The position numbers and the translations under genes were made by a program. From NCBI RefSeq assembly GCF_006345805.1, contig NC_043003.1, forward strand, positions 102,114,001 through 102,178,000: a stretch of 64,000 nucleotides of DNA, given 5' to 3'. Every line of letters starts with the position of its first letter. The first letter of the stretch is position 1. Below the pieces are notes generated by a model. The model saw nothing but the letters and a program-made list of their open reading frames with translations, ran no database searches and was not told where the DNA came from. Positions 50,821 to 63,287 of this stretch are shown piece after piece. This stretch comes from Octopus sinensis. Lineage: Eukaryota.

Positions 50821-51935
50821 AATAATAATAATGAAATTATTGTATACAGTGCTCAGGTGCACCACAACTTGTCAAAAGTGCGTATAAAGTATATGCAGTA
50901 ATGTACAAATGTCTGGAAAGCGAATAATGTATGAGTCAGATACATGCTTGCGTATGTGTGGAGGGGAGAGAATCAGGTGTAGTGTTGGCAAATCTCAGAA
51001 AGCATGGAAGTATTGAAGGATGCAGTGCTCTGACAACTAACAACCGATGCCGGCAGTTTGTTCCATACTTCAGCAACTCTCAGCGTGAAAAAAATGTTTC
51101 CTAAAGTCAGTGGAGCTGTGCTGTTTTCTGACTTTGTAAATATGTCCACGGGTGTTAGACAGATGGAGTTTGAAAAGGTGCTCAGAGTTATTGTTTGTAA
51201 GATGGTTAATAATTTCATGGGTGTCTGCCAAGTCAGCTGCCAGACGTCGGAGTTTCAATGTATCCATGCCCAGGGAAGTAAGGCGTTCAGAATATGGCAA
51301 ATGCCTGATGGAGGGTTCTTTTGGTTGCGCATCGCTGAATGGCTTCCAGACAATTAATATCCTGGGCAAGATAGGGGTTCCAGACCGGTGATGCAAATTC
51401 CAGGTGAGGTCTTACCATAGCTATATAAAGCCACAGATAGATAGCCGGAGAGCGGCTCACAAAGGACTTGGTGAGTGATGCCAAGACACCCTCAGCCTTC
51501 TTGGCAATTTTAGCGATGTGTTTTGTCCAACGCAAATCGCTGTCGACAATAACACCCAGGTCACGTTCACACGAAGACTTTTTGAGATTAGTGTTGTGGA
51601 GGGAGTAAGTGGACGCTGGGTTTCTCTTCCCAAAATGGATGGTGGTACATTTGTTCACAGCCAGTTTGAGTTGCCAGTCCATGATCCACTGCTGCATTGT
51701 GTCCAGGTCTGCTTGCAATAGAGATCTATAGTGTACAGGATCTGACCTCTTTATTTCGAGGTACAGCTTGATGTCATCTGCATATTTCAGCACTGTGGCA
51801 TTCTTTAAGTTGGCATCTATGTCATTAACATATGCAACAAATAAAAGGGGACCAAGAACAGATCTCCATGGTACACCAGATGTCATCTCATAGGGTGAAG
51901 AGTGCTGTCCTAGAACTGTGACAACCTCTTTTCTG
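50821..51935 (-). mobile_element. 5'-truncated CR1-group LINE (reverse transcriptase 3' part)
   Basis: SGVP..SVLGPLLF, KYADDIKLY, DLGVIVDSDL, VRPHLEFASPVWNP; frameshift near 51290; (TTA)n tail. Confidence 0.92.
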
Positions 51936-51987
51936 TGTATCTATCTGTTTATCTGTCTGTCTGTCTGTCTGCCTGTCTCTCTCTCTC

Positions 51988-52377
51988 TACTCTTTTACTC
52001 TTTTACTTGTTTCAGTCATTTGACTGTGGCCATGCTGGAGCACCACCTTTAGTTGAGCAAATCGCCCCCAGGATTTATTCTTTGTAGGCCTAGTACTTAT
52101 TCCATCAGTCTCTTTTGCCGAACCGCTAAGCTACGGGGACATAAACACACCACCATCGGTCGCCAAGCAATGTTGGAGGGGACAAACACAGACACACATA
52201 CATATATATATATACATATATACGATGGCCTTCTTTCAGTTTCCATCTACCAAATCCACTCACAAGGCTTTGGTTGGCCCGAGGCTATAGTAGTAGACAC
52301 TTGCCCATTATGCCACGCAGTGGGACTGAACCCGGAACCATGTGGTTGGTAAGCAAGCTACTTACCACACAGCCACT
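51988..52377 (-). mobile_element. tRNA-derived SINE family A, full length
   Basis: Reverse complement of the 43351-43782 copy. Confidence 0.85.
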
Positions 52378-52474
52378 TATATATGCATAATAAAAAAGAA
52401 GAAAAGCCATAATAATTTATTGTGCATCATAATTTAATTCCACTCAGCAATTTTTCCATTTGCAATAAATACTA

Positions 52475-53949
52475 TACTGAACTGCAAAAGAAATGTGATT
52501 TTTTTCAAGTGTCATTTTTATATGGTAAATTCTGAAAATTTATTTCAGGTATGTAATTGTAAATATTCTAAGGCATGCTGGTTTATGGTTGAGACTCAAA
52601 TTACAGGTAACCTTTCAACTTTCCCTGAGATGAGATGCCAAAATGCAGCTGCATTGAATGCCATGGGTGGCAGTCACAAATGATTGTCATGAAAATGGAA
52701 ATACATTTGCATCTCGTGGAGGTTATGGGTATAAAAATCAACTTGAAACATGATCTTGGCATTTGTAATTTGGATGCATCAGGTATGACCCAATTGTCAG
52801 CAGTGCAGAGAGAACAAGCTATCGGCAGATTGCAAGCAGGGCAGCATGCCCTGGTTGTTGCAAAAGCTTACAAAGTCCATGTCAGCACCATCTATTGCTT
52901 GCAACAGTGATACAACACCAACAGCACTGCAGACTAAGCCCGCAGAGGGCGCCCCCAGGTTTCCACACCCAGGTATAACTGATTCATCCACCTGCAACAC
53001 CTCCATGATTGCTTCAGACTGGTCAGTGACACAGTATGATGTCGACTGGTGCCAACGACCTGCATTGCTGTCGTCTTGCTCGAGAGCCTGTCCTCACCAC
53101 CCGCCACCATCAGGCATGACTACCCTGGGCTACACAGCACTGACATTGACAGCAACAACAATGGAGGTCGATAGACTTCTCTAACAAGAGCCGGTACTGT
53201 GTTTCCACCTTGGATGGCAGAGTAAGGGTGTGGTGCAAGAAGGGATGCATGTGTCATGGAGAGAGACACGTGGGGTGGCCAAAGCGTCATGGTTTGGTGT
53301 GCTATAGGTCTGAATCAGAGAATTGGGCCCCATGTGTTCCAAAATGTTGGTGCAGGCAGAGGAAATGGCATCACAGTGCAGCGCTATGTTGACCAAATTC
53401 TAAGACCTCACATCGTGCCCTTCTTCATGTGTCACTGTAGCCACGTGTTTCAGCAGGACAATGCTCCCTCCCACACAAGCAGGATCACTATGGACTTCCT
53501 GTGACAGCAAAATGTCAGAACCATGTGTGGCCAACTTTCAGCCTGGATTTGAATCCAATTGAACACCCGTGGAATGAAATCCAGAGACGGCTAAACCAGG
53601 TGGTTCCAAGGCTAACAACTTAAGTGGAGCTGGAGGCAGCTTTTCTCAGGGTGTGGGCACAGGTGCCAATGGCTTTTGTGAACCACTTCATGCACTCCAT
53701 GTACCGATGGTGTGTGGCCAGTTTGAACACCCAAGGAGGGCATACACAGTATTGAACATGTCACACCCTACAATCTTGATGTGTTGGACCCACCCACTAC
53801 CAGAACACATGACAATGACCCATAGACTGTAGTCAAAGTGCATCCAAGAAATTGATTTTAACAGATTTATCAAAATTTATCTCTAAAATAATGAAATTAA
53901 AACGTATTTCAAAGTCACACACGTCTCATGTTTCTTTTGCGGTTCAGTG
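52475..53949 (+). mobile_element. Tc1-like (DD34E) DNA transposon, both ends present, transposase disrupted
   Basis: TA-flanked TIRs TACTGAACTGCAAAAGAAA / CACTGAACCGCAAAAGAAA; HTH MTQLSAVQREQAIGRLQAG, DGRVRVW, GGQSVMVW, QQDNAPSH...WP...DLNPIE; frameshifts and stops. Confidence 0.9.
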
Positions 53950-54075
53950 TATTAATCCCAAACTTATGTAATTATGATACATAAGCAATGAATTAATTTA
54001 AATTACATTAATTTAAGTTACATTAACTTAAACTGATATCTACCCCAAATCATTTAAGTATTAACTCCTACTAGT

Positions 54076-54303
54076 TTAACCCTTTCATTACTGTATTTAT
54101 TTTGAGATGCTCTGTGCTTCTTTCAATTACTTTAAATATAACAAAGAATTTAGTAAAATAACTTAGTTATCACTCAGCTAGTGTTAGGAACATAAATTGT
54201 GACTAAGGTTTGGAAGAAGATTTTAATTCAAAACTTATGAAAACAAGACACTTGTACTCAGAGCCAGAGCCGGTTTCAGCCGGGTTGGTAACAAAAGGGT
54301 TAA
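54076..54303. mobile_element. piggyBac-like MITE, second subfamily
   Basis: TTAA-CCCTTTCATTAC ... GTAACAAAAGGG-TTAA. Confidence 0.7.
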
Positions 54304-56787
54304 ATCTATTTATGTAATTAAGAATCTCAGATAGTAGCACTTTGTTAATCTCCAATATATTATTACAGTGCAGTAAGCCCAGGTGAAACACCCCAGTGAT
54401 TGCACTGTAATGATTCTCAACACATCATAGATCACAACACGAGGGTTCTTTTTCTCATTTGTTTGCAAGGTATTGCTATTCTTTTTGATAACAATATTAC
54501 AGATTCCCTGTATCAATACCTATAAATACTTGCATTTTTGCCACTTTTTACATTCAGAAACCTTTCTCAAACTTAAAGTGAAAGGACAGGAACAGCACCT
54601 TTGGTGAGTTGGCAGAATTGTTAGCACCCTAGGCAAAACACTGCGTGGTATTTCATCTGTCCTTACATTCTCAGTTGAAATTCCACCAAGTTCTTTGTGT
54701 TTCATCCTTTTGGGGTTTGATAAAAGAATTACTGGTTTGGCACAATGGTCAATGTAATTGACTTACCCCCCTCCTCTCGAATTGCTGGCCTTGTGCCAAA
54801 ATTTGAAATCAATATTGCCTTTGGTTGTCATTGTTATTCCCATTCTTGTTAAGCATTAATGCCAATACGGATGAAGGAGACCTGATATTCACAAACACAC
54901 ACACATGGCACGGCAACCGTTTTCTTTCTAAAACAACCAAACTGTAGAGTTTAATGTGAGGGATAGGTAGGTGCTATTTCTAACAGTTTGTTCAATTGCA
55001 TTGGGGCTCATTTATTCAGTGTTCTTAAGACAAGATGATAAAATAAAAAAAAGGATGAGTAGATATTGATGTTATTTATTCATAGAAAGAGAAATATTAT
55101 TAATAATGTTGGAATGTCTAAGAAGAAAATTACATCTTTTAATTCTGTTGAAAGAGGATTCAAAAATTAAAAAAAAAAGCAAAACAAAAACCCCAAAGAA
55201 CAAAAAAAGATAAAATGTGTTCATTAAGTTGTATTTTAAAGAATATCTTTTATCTTTCCTTATCACACAACTTACATACATATATACACACATACACGCA
55301 TACATACACATATATACATATATATACATATACATACGCATATATATACATATACATACACACACACACACACACATATATATATAAGCACACACACATG
55401 CATATGTATATATACATCATCATCATTTAACGTCTGCTTTCCATGCAGGCAGGGCTGGATGGTTCGACAGGAGCTGGCAAGCTGGAGAGTGGCACCAGAG
55501 ATTTCATAATCACAGACGATGCATTTATCCATAATTAGTCCATAAATCTCTCCTCATATCTCCAGAAATCAAACCTACTTCATTATGGATGGATTTACAT
55601 TTTCATTTTCTGTGAAACTAACAGGTTTTTTAAATTACTTTTTTAAGACCTGTTATATGACTGTGCAACATTAGAGAACTTTGGAAGTCCGTTTATTATC
55701 TAAATCTGATTTTTATACAACTATCCCTGATGTTTCAGGAGTGTAGCCTCACCCTCTTAGATGTTTGGAGAACTCACATGTTTTTTCGGCTGGTGAGTAT
55801 GGGTCACTTATATTTGCTGCAATATTTGCAGCCTTAATAAAGCTGGTGTTCGTATGAAACAATTGTACCGAAATATTGATCCATTTTTGTTGCTTTTTTC
55901 TTGTATATATATATATATATATATATATATACTCGTATATATATGTACATATATACGACGGGCTTCTTTCAGTTTCCGTCTACCAAATCCACTCACAAGG
56001 CTTTGCTCGGCCCAAGGCTATAGTAGAAGACACTTGTCCAAGGTGTTACGTAGTGGGACTGAACCCGGAACCATGTGGTTGGTAAGCAAGCTACTTACCA
56101 CACAGCCACTCCTGCGCCTGTCAAATTATGTATTCCCTCCTTAATATTTTGCATATTTTCATGCTCTCTATAAATACATTTGTATAGATGTATATATAAA
56201 TGTTTATCTTTCTGAATATCTGTAGGTATATGTGTATGTGTGTGTGTGCATGCATGTGTGTATGTACCCGTGTGTGTGTGTACCTGTGTGTGTGTGTGTG
56301 AGTGTGTGTGTGAGTGTGTGTGTGTGTACCTGTGCGTGTGTGTGTGTGTGTGTCGATCTGTTTGTCTGTCTAGCCTAATCGTGTTTATTTGCATCACTAC
56401 TTCATATTAATTCATATTGAATTTCTTTTATAGCTACTTTTGATGCTGTGGACCTAGACATGGATGAAGAATTTGGCATTTAAGTTAAAATTCATTTGAG
56501 CACTTCTATATGCTTTCTATGCAGAGCATATCAAGCTATCATCTGTATGTATATATATGTCTGTCTGTCTGTCTGTCTATCTGTATGTATGTATGTATGT
56601 ATGCATGTATGTATATATTCATGCATACCTGCATTTATGTATGTATGTATTAGTATACTATATACATATATAACATATATATCTATAAATATATATGTAT
56701 ATGTACACTATATATATATATGTATATGTTTACCATATATATATATAAAATTAATTTAGGGTAGAAATTGATATTTATCAATTAGAA

Positions 56788-56843
<56 letters not shown>

Positions 56844-56983
56844 GTATATATATATGTAATATATATGTATATATATATGTATATGTAATATATATATATA
56901 TATAGTATATGTATATATATAATGTATATATATATGTATATATATATGTATATTATATATATATATATGTATATATGTATATG

Positions 56984-57014
<31 letters not shown>

Positions 57015-57028
57015 GTATAATATATATG

Positions 57029-57062
<34 letters not shown>

Positions 57063-57191
57063 TTATATATATATATATAATATATATATATATATGTATA
57101 ATATATATATATATATAATATGTATATATATATTATATATATGTATATATATATCGTGACGCATATTTGCCATTTGAATATGGCTAACCCC

Positions 57192-57240
<49 letters not shown>

Positions 57241-57290
57241 GCTGGTTAGATGCAGTACAAAACCAAAAGGGAAGAATTCAGTTGTCACTA

Positions 57291-57482
57291 ATAGTGACTG
57301 ATGGTGCATTGCAGCAACTACATTGCTAGAAATAAGCATCAAGGACTCTTATATCCATAAACATAGCTATGTTTGTGGCTATAAGGATCTTTGACTCTTA
57401 TTTCTAGCAATGTAGGTGCTGCAATGCACCATCAGTCACTATATATATATACATATATTTATATCAACATCATCATCATCAT

Positions 57483-57544
<62 letters not shown>

Positions 57545-57648
57545 ATATATATATGATAATGATGAGGATATATATATATATATATGTAGTGACTGGGGGT
57601 GCATTGCTGCAGCACCTACATTGCTAGAAATATGAGTCAAAGATCCTA
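57291..57648. repeat. Palindromic MITE-like element (57291-57442) plus a third arm (57587-57648)
   Basis: Arms tagtgactg..ggtgcattgc.gca.ctacattgctagaaata; centre AAACATAGCTATGTTT. Confidence 0.85.
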
Positions 57649-57667
57649 TATATATATATATATATAT

Positions 57668-57763
57668 AATTTAAAACAGTTTGATTCAGCTTCATGTCAC
57701 TTGAAGTTTTGCACGCCTGTGAAACTATACATCATATGGAGCCGAATCAGACTGTTTTAAATT
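57668..57763. repeat. Small TA-flanked hairpin MITE
   Basis: aatttaaaacagtttgattcagcttcat ... atggagccgaatcagactgttttaaatt. Confidence 0.75.
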
Positions 57764-57823
57764 ATATATATAACTCCTGCTAAACGTGTTAAATGCCCTT
57801 TTCTTTCATTCATCCACTCACTT

Positions 57824-57864
<41 letters not shown>

Positions 57865-58492
57865 TCTAACTATTTACAATGATGATATATAACAATGTGT
57901 GTAGCAGATCTCATTAATGGTCAAATGTCCTTTATATACATTCCAAATATCAGTTGAAGCACTGTTGCTCATAAGACAAACAAATGATATACCAATGAAA
58001 AATATATAAACATCATATTTTGGAGATTTATGCAGTCCAGTGATGGACTCCATCAGAAAGAATCAAGTAAATGGAGATATAGTAAGACAACTCAGTCTTA
58101 CAGAAAATCTTAATATTTATGCAATTCTTTTAAAATGAAATATTCCACTTGAAATATTATTTGCCTTTCTCCTTGGAAATCTTCAATCTACTTCACTTCA
58201 TATTTTGTTTTAAAAAATGATTTATTTGTGTGTGATGGTGTAATACAAGAAATAACCAAATTGTTTATCGACTCCTTAACCAACACCTATAAAATATTAG
58301 AATATGTACAAAATTTATTGCTTTTTTTTAGTCCTTCCTTTATTCCTTGAAAAAAAAAATGAAGCTTTTGGAATCATTATCATTATTATCTCATTTTAAA
58401 AAATTTTCTTTGGTTTTTAATTGCATCACCAGGTTTGAAGTGCTACAAAAAGTCCTGTACTTATAACTTGGAGTTTGTGTCTCAACAGCAGG

Positions 58493-58543
58493 CTATTGTC
58501 GCATCAAACACAGGAATATGCTGGCAATGATTAGAAGAATAAT
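58493..58543 (-). CDS. Tetraspanin last coding exon ([16 protein letters not shown])
   Basis: aatttcag acceptor, 51 nt, hydrophobic, ends TAG. Confidence 0.85.
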   Translation of the reverse strand: MILLIIASIFLCLMRQ

Positions 58544-60201
58544 CTGAAATTGTTAAAAATAGATACAAGAGCATTTTTCAGAAAGAGAGAATCAAATTGT
58601 TTCAAGTTTTAAAAAAACAAAAGCAATTCACAAAAATACTGTATTTTCATGACAATATATTTCTTTACTACCCACAAGGGGCTAAACATAGAGAGGACAA
58701 ACAAGGACAAAGGGATTAAGTTGATTACATCGACCCCAGTGCGAAACTGCTACTTTATTTATCGACCCCAAAAGGATGAAAGGCAAAGTTGACCTTGGTG
58801 GAATTTGAACTCAGACCGTAATAACAGACGAAATACCGCTAAGCATTTCGCCTGCCTTGCTAACGTTTCTGCCAGCTCGCCGCCTTCCTATTTTCATGAC
58901 AATACTCAACAATCTTGACTTTAAGTGAACTTAATTTACTTGAGCTCAACTTCAACTCACCTTGTTTAACTTGAATTCAATCCTACTTTTTATGCATCTT
59001 ATTTATCTATTTATCTATGTTTTACTTGCTGATTCTGGAGGAATGAGCAATGCCCATGATGACTTTTGCAAGGCCCTGCAGACTGGTGAGGTTGGTGCTG
59101 TTAATGTTCCATTTAAATTTTAAATTTGATACTGTTGCAGGTCAGTTACCTGCAGGAAAGATATAACTAGGGAGACGATTTCTGTGGGCTAACTGGGCAT
59201 AATTGTTAATGCAGGACCAGTGGGGTTGGAATTTGGTGGCATCCATCCATCTCCAAATGTGGGATAGGGGGAGAGAAGGGAGAGATAGGGTAGGGAGCAA
59301 GAGGCTAGAGAGAGAGAGAGAGTCAAAGAAATGATCTCCTAGCTTGACTGGTACTTTAAATATGAACTCTGTAAGGATGAATGATGAAGTTGACTTGAGC
59401 AGAATTTGGGCTCAGAGTAGCAGAATGAATGCTGCAAAGCATTTTATCTAACAACAAAAGTGATAAGAAGTGATGGGATGAGTGGTAGAGGTAAGAAGCT
59501 AGCCAGCTCCGAGGAACAGAGAGCTTTATAGTAGTAGTAAGAGTCAGAGAGAGAGGAGAAAACATGCCTGTGGACCAGAGAGGCTGGAGTGTGTCTGTCA
59601 GTGGTTTAATGTCAATCAATCAAGAGGCCCTTCTCTGGATGTGGTCCAGGATGTCTGTTTATGCCATGGCAACACTGCCCTTGACAAGGATGTAATACAT
59701 CATTGTAACTTACTCAGACTGTAGTCAAACTTATCAAGCCTAGATTATCTATAATTAACTTGCTCTAGATAAAATGCCTTGTGGTAGTCATTCCACTTCT
59801 TTATGTTTCAAATTCAAATCCCACCAAATCAACTTTGTCATTCCTCAAATCAAATACAGATGTCGTTTCTTTGTTCATCTCTCTCTCTTCTCCTCTTCTC
59901 CTCTTCCCCTCTCTCTTTCTCCACCCTCCCCAGCTCCCCTTCTCTCCTTCCCCATCTCCCTTCCCTATCCACCCCTATACCTACTCTCCCCACTCTCCCC
60001 ACCTCTCTCCAGAAGAAATCTTCTGTGTTTGGATCCAGAGACAGATTCAAAACAACTAACACAATTATTTTAACATCCATCTTTCCATGCTTGCATGGGT
60101 CAAAAGAAATTCATTGAAGCAGAATTTCTTCAGCCAGATGGCCTTCTTGTTGTATGTTGCTTGGATGACGGTGACACTTGTTTACAACTATTGCACACAC
60201 A

Positions 60202-60232
<31 letters not shown>

Positions 60233-60733
60233 CACATCATACTTATGATGGGCTTCTTTAATTTCAAAACCACTCACAAGGTCTTGGTTGGCCTGGAGTT
60301 ATAGCAGAAGACAACTGCCCAAGGTGCCATACAACAGGACCAAACAAACTGTCACTGTGAATTAATAAAATATAATATGGAGTGCATAATTATCTATATA
60401 AGCTGATAACTGTCAGTATAAGCTAAAGCCATCTATAAACAGTCTATATAAAGCTACAATGACTTGAATGTTAAATATCTTTGTTATAGTTATAATGAAA
60501 TACAAGAAGCATCTTGATTGAGACATTCAAAATGACAGAGTACAACTGTAATATATATAGGATTAAAATAGAGTATCCTACCTGAAGTATGCCGATTGTT
60601 AGACTTGCCGCGCCGATGATATATAAATTGTCAAAGACCCAGGATCTCAGCTTCGTGTAGCATGGCTTGAAAAAGTGTGAGAATGATATGGTCATAGTTG
60701 ATGGACAAAGTTTAGTGATAATCAGAAATATAA

Positions 60734-60769
<36 letters not shown>

Positions 60770-60914
60770 TTCCTTTTCCTATGTTTCTGACGAAGAGCTC
60801 CGCTCGAAATGTTAAACCCTCCTTCTTTCCTTCTTTTCTGAGAGTCCAATAACACTATACTTGTTCCACGTCCTCGCGTTGTTGTGTTTTCTCTTTGTGT
60901 TTTCATGTTTGGAT

Positions 60915-60958
<44 letters not shown>

Positions 60959-63145
60959 TCAGGGTTGTATATATGTACATACGTACCATCCACTTTCAGT
61001 GATTGGCACTTCTTTATACGGCTGTCTTCATTCATACACGTCACATATCCAAACCAACTTAGTTTTTCTCTTGCATGCTGCCTTTGATTCCTCTTATGTC
61101 CAACTTTTCTTTCAAAGCATTTCTGCTTTGCCATACATGCACACTGATGTTTCGCATCCAGCAGAGCAAACTGCCTTCATTCCCCTCCAGTCTATACATG
61201 TCTTCTGTATTTAGAGCCCATTTTTTGCTACCATGGAGTGTAGCTGTTTGTATACAAGTACCATATAATCAACCTTTCCCTCTGAGAGAGTGTCCTTTTG
61301 TTGCCAACAGAACTTCCTCCATACTATTCTAGAAACAATACTTTCAGAGCATCCTCTGCCATTGCTAATTTCACCACCTAGGTAACTGTTAAGTATCACC
61401 AGTGATTCCTGGTTCAAAGAAACTAATTTCCAGTCATAGTCTACAACAGTAAAGTGACTTATAGTGTTATCCACAATATTCTTGATTCAACGTATGTTAT
61501 TAAAAATGGCTGCTCTTTCTCTGATCATCAAATGCGCATTCCCTTTATATCTAGGGAAGTCACTCAATTCATACCACAATTTGCATAACATTTATTCCTT
61601 CTTAAAAAAATAATAATTATAAAATTTTTATAGATCAAGCCTTTCTGGGGCTTTCCAAATTCTTTGAGATCAATGCAGTTGAGGGGATTTTTCTTTTTGT
61701 TTTTGATGGTTATCTCTATGAGGCGAAGACATTTCAGTTAGATCTCTGTCTGGCTCTTGAAAGACCACAAATGACTGGGTTGTCATCAGTCAGGTTAATT
61801 TTTCCTGGTGATGCCAATTGTTTCCTAGATACTGTGGTATTGTGACTATCTGGGTAATGAACGTGAGTGTATTGGGGGTTGGCTTTGATTCAATCAATTT
61901 GGTCAACAGTAGGGTCATACTTGCTAGTGCGATTGTTCCTTTGCACAATCACAGGTCCTGGGTTGGGAAGCCATGATAGCATAGATGTTGCTGTAGCCGA
62001 ACATCTTTGATAGTTAAAGAGACATTCATGAGAAGTGGACGTACAAAGCAGAGATCTGATTGAATGCAGTGTGTCTGGAAGAACTATTTCCCATGAAGGT
62101 ACTGGAAGGGCACGAGTTTCAAAGAGAGTAGTACTGATTTCCAAATAATATCCTTATATCTTTCTACCTGACTGTTCCCAGTGGGATTGTATGGTGTTGT
62201 CGTATTTGTTGCAATGCCCTTACTAAGGAGCCATTCTCTCAATTTTGTAGACATAAAGGCAGTTCCATGATTGGAATGTACGTAACTGGACATATTGAAA
62301 ACTGAAAACAAGTCTGTAAAACATCTTATTACAGTCTGAGCTGATGTGTTCGATACTGGATAACCAAAAAGGAACCATGAGTGTTCGTCAACAATTGTTA
62401 GGAGATAAGGATGCTTTGTGGAAGGAATTGGACCTTTGAAATTGGTTGAAATTTGCTCAAATGGCTGCATTATGTGCAATTTGCATAACATTAATTTGCA
62501 TAACAGTAACAGAAACTATCTACTACTTCAAGAGAGCCTCCTGGGCATTCGAGAGAGTATAAGTCCTGTGTGCCTTAGTGCTTATTGTTCCTGCACATCT
62601 GCCACTCATGAAGGTGGCTTTATCTGTCAAACTACCTGTGATTCCACTGCACTTCTTATGTGGTCATAGCTTACACTGGGTGCAGTGAACAGAAATATAT
62701 ATATATATAATACAAATAAGAAAATGGAGAAACAAATTTATCTCATTCATCAACTTATAAATATTACAATTTTACATTATTTATTAATTATACAAATGAG
62801 AACATCAAAATCAAACAAAACATTATATAAATCAATAGGTAATATAATAATAAAAACAATACAAATACATATTTTAATAGTCATATTATAAATTATTGAA
62901 ATTCATAAACTACTCCTTACAGCTGTTTCAGCCTATGGTCAAAAGTCAATCTGACTTATATATTAAGAGAGTGTGAAGGGAGTGAAGAAGTGAGGGTAAA
63001 AAGATAAAATATGTTTTAAACTCACCTGAGGATAAGCATCATTAACACTTCTACATTTCACAAGGCAACATGAATCTGGCAGACTTAATGGTGTGGCCAC
63101 CTCTCCTTTCCAGTCGGTGTAGTTGTTTACTCCACAGCATTTGTT
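58493..63145 (-). CDS. Tetraspanin, 3' part only (large extracellular loop, TM4, C-tail). complement(join(58493..58543,60582..60665,63026..63145)); 5' exons lie beyond the window
   Basis: [40 protein letters not shown]|[28 protein letters not shown]|[19 protein letters not shown], YxDW, PDSCC and pre-TM4 Cys motifs; three phase-0 exons with AG/GT sites. Confidence 0.93.
58659..58886 (-). mobile_element. tRNA-derived SINE family B in the last tetraspanin intron, with 16-bp TSD
   Basis: Head aaggcggcgagctggcagaaacgttagca...gagttcaaattcc, core gcctttcatccttttggggtcgataa; TSD TATTTTCATGACAATA at 58642-58657 and 58889-58904. Confidence 0.9.
59480..59740 (-). mobile_element. LINE (L2/CR1/Jockey-like) 3' fragment
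   Basis: [23 protein letters not shown] remnant. Confidence 0.45.
60582..60665 (-). CDS. Tetraspanin exon (end of LEL, start of TM4)
   Basis: tttttcaag acceptor, GTAGGA donor, 84 nt. Confidence 0.9.
60783..60817 (+). ncRNA. Minimal type-I hammerhead ribozyme motif (putative)
   Basis: GUUU-CUGACGA-A-GAGC(UCC)GCUC-GAAAU-GUU-AAAC: stem I 4 bp, stem II 4 bp, core CUGANGA/GAAA/NUH intact. Confidence 0.6.
60960..61400 (-). mobile_element. RTE LINE 3' fragment in a tetraspanin intron
   Basis: [24 protein letters not shown] and [21 protein letters not shown]. Confidence 0.7.
61700..62650 (-). mobile_element. Ty3/Gypsy LTR-retrotransposon integrase relic in a tetraspanin intron
   Basis: PFEQIST(N)[17 protein letters not shown](N)[21 protein letters not shown]; both catalytic Asp positions read Asn; left boundary approximate. 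Confidence 0.85.
63026..63145 (-). CDS. Tetraspanin LEL exon (CCG...PDSCC)
   Basis: ttgcag acceptor, GTGAGT donor, 120 nt. Confidence 0.93.
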
Positions 63146-63197
63146 CTGCAACACATAAACTTCACTATGTAACATATATGTATATTATGTGTGTGTG

Positions 63198-63287
<90 letters not shown>

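Noticed and set aside
51287-51886. 199-aa RT ORF as an active or domesticated gene
   Set aside because: 5'-truncated, frameshifted CR1 copy with a substitution in the GVPQGS motif.
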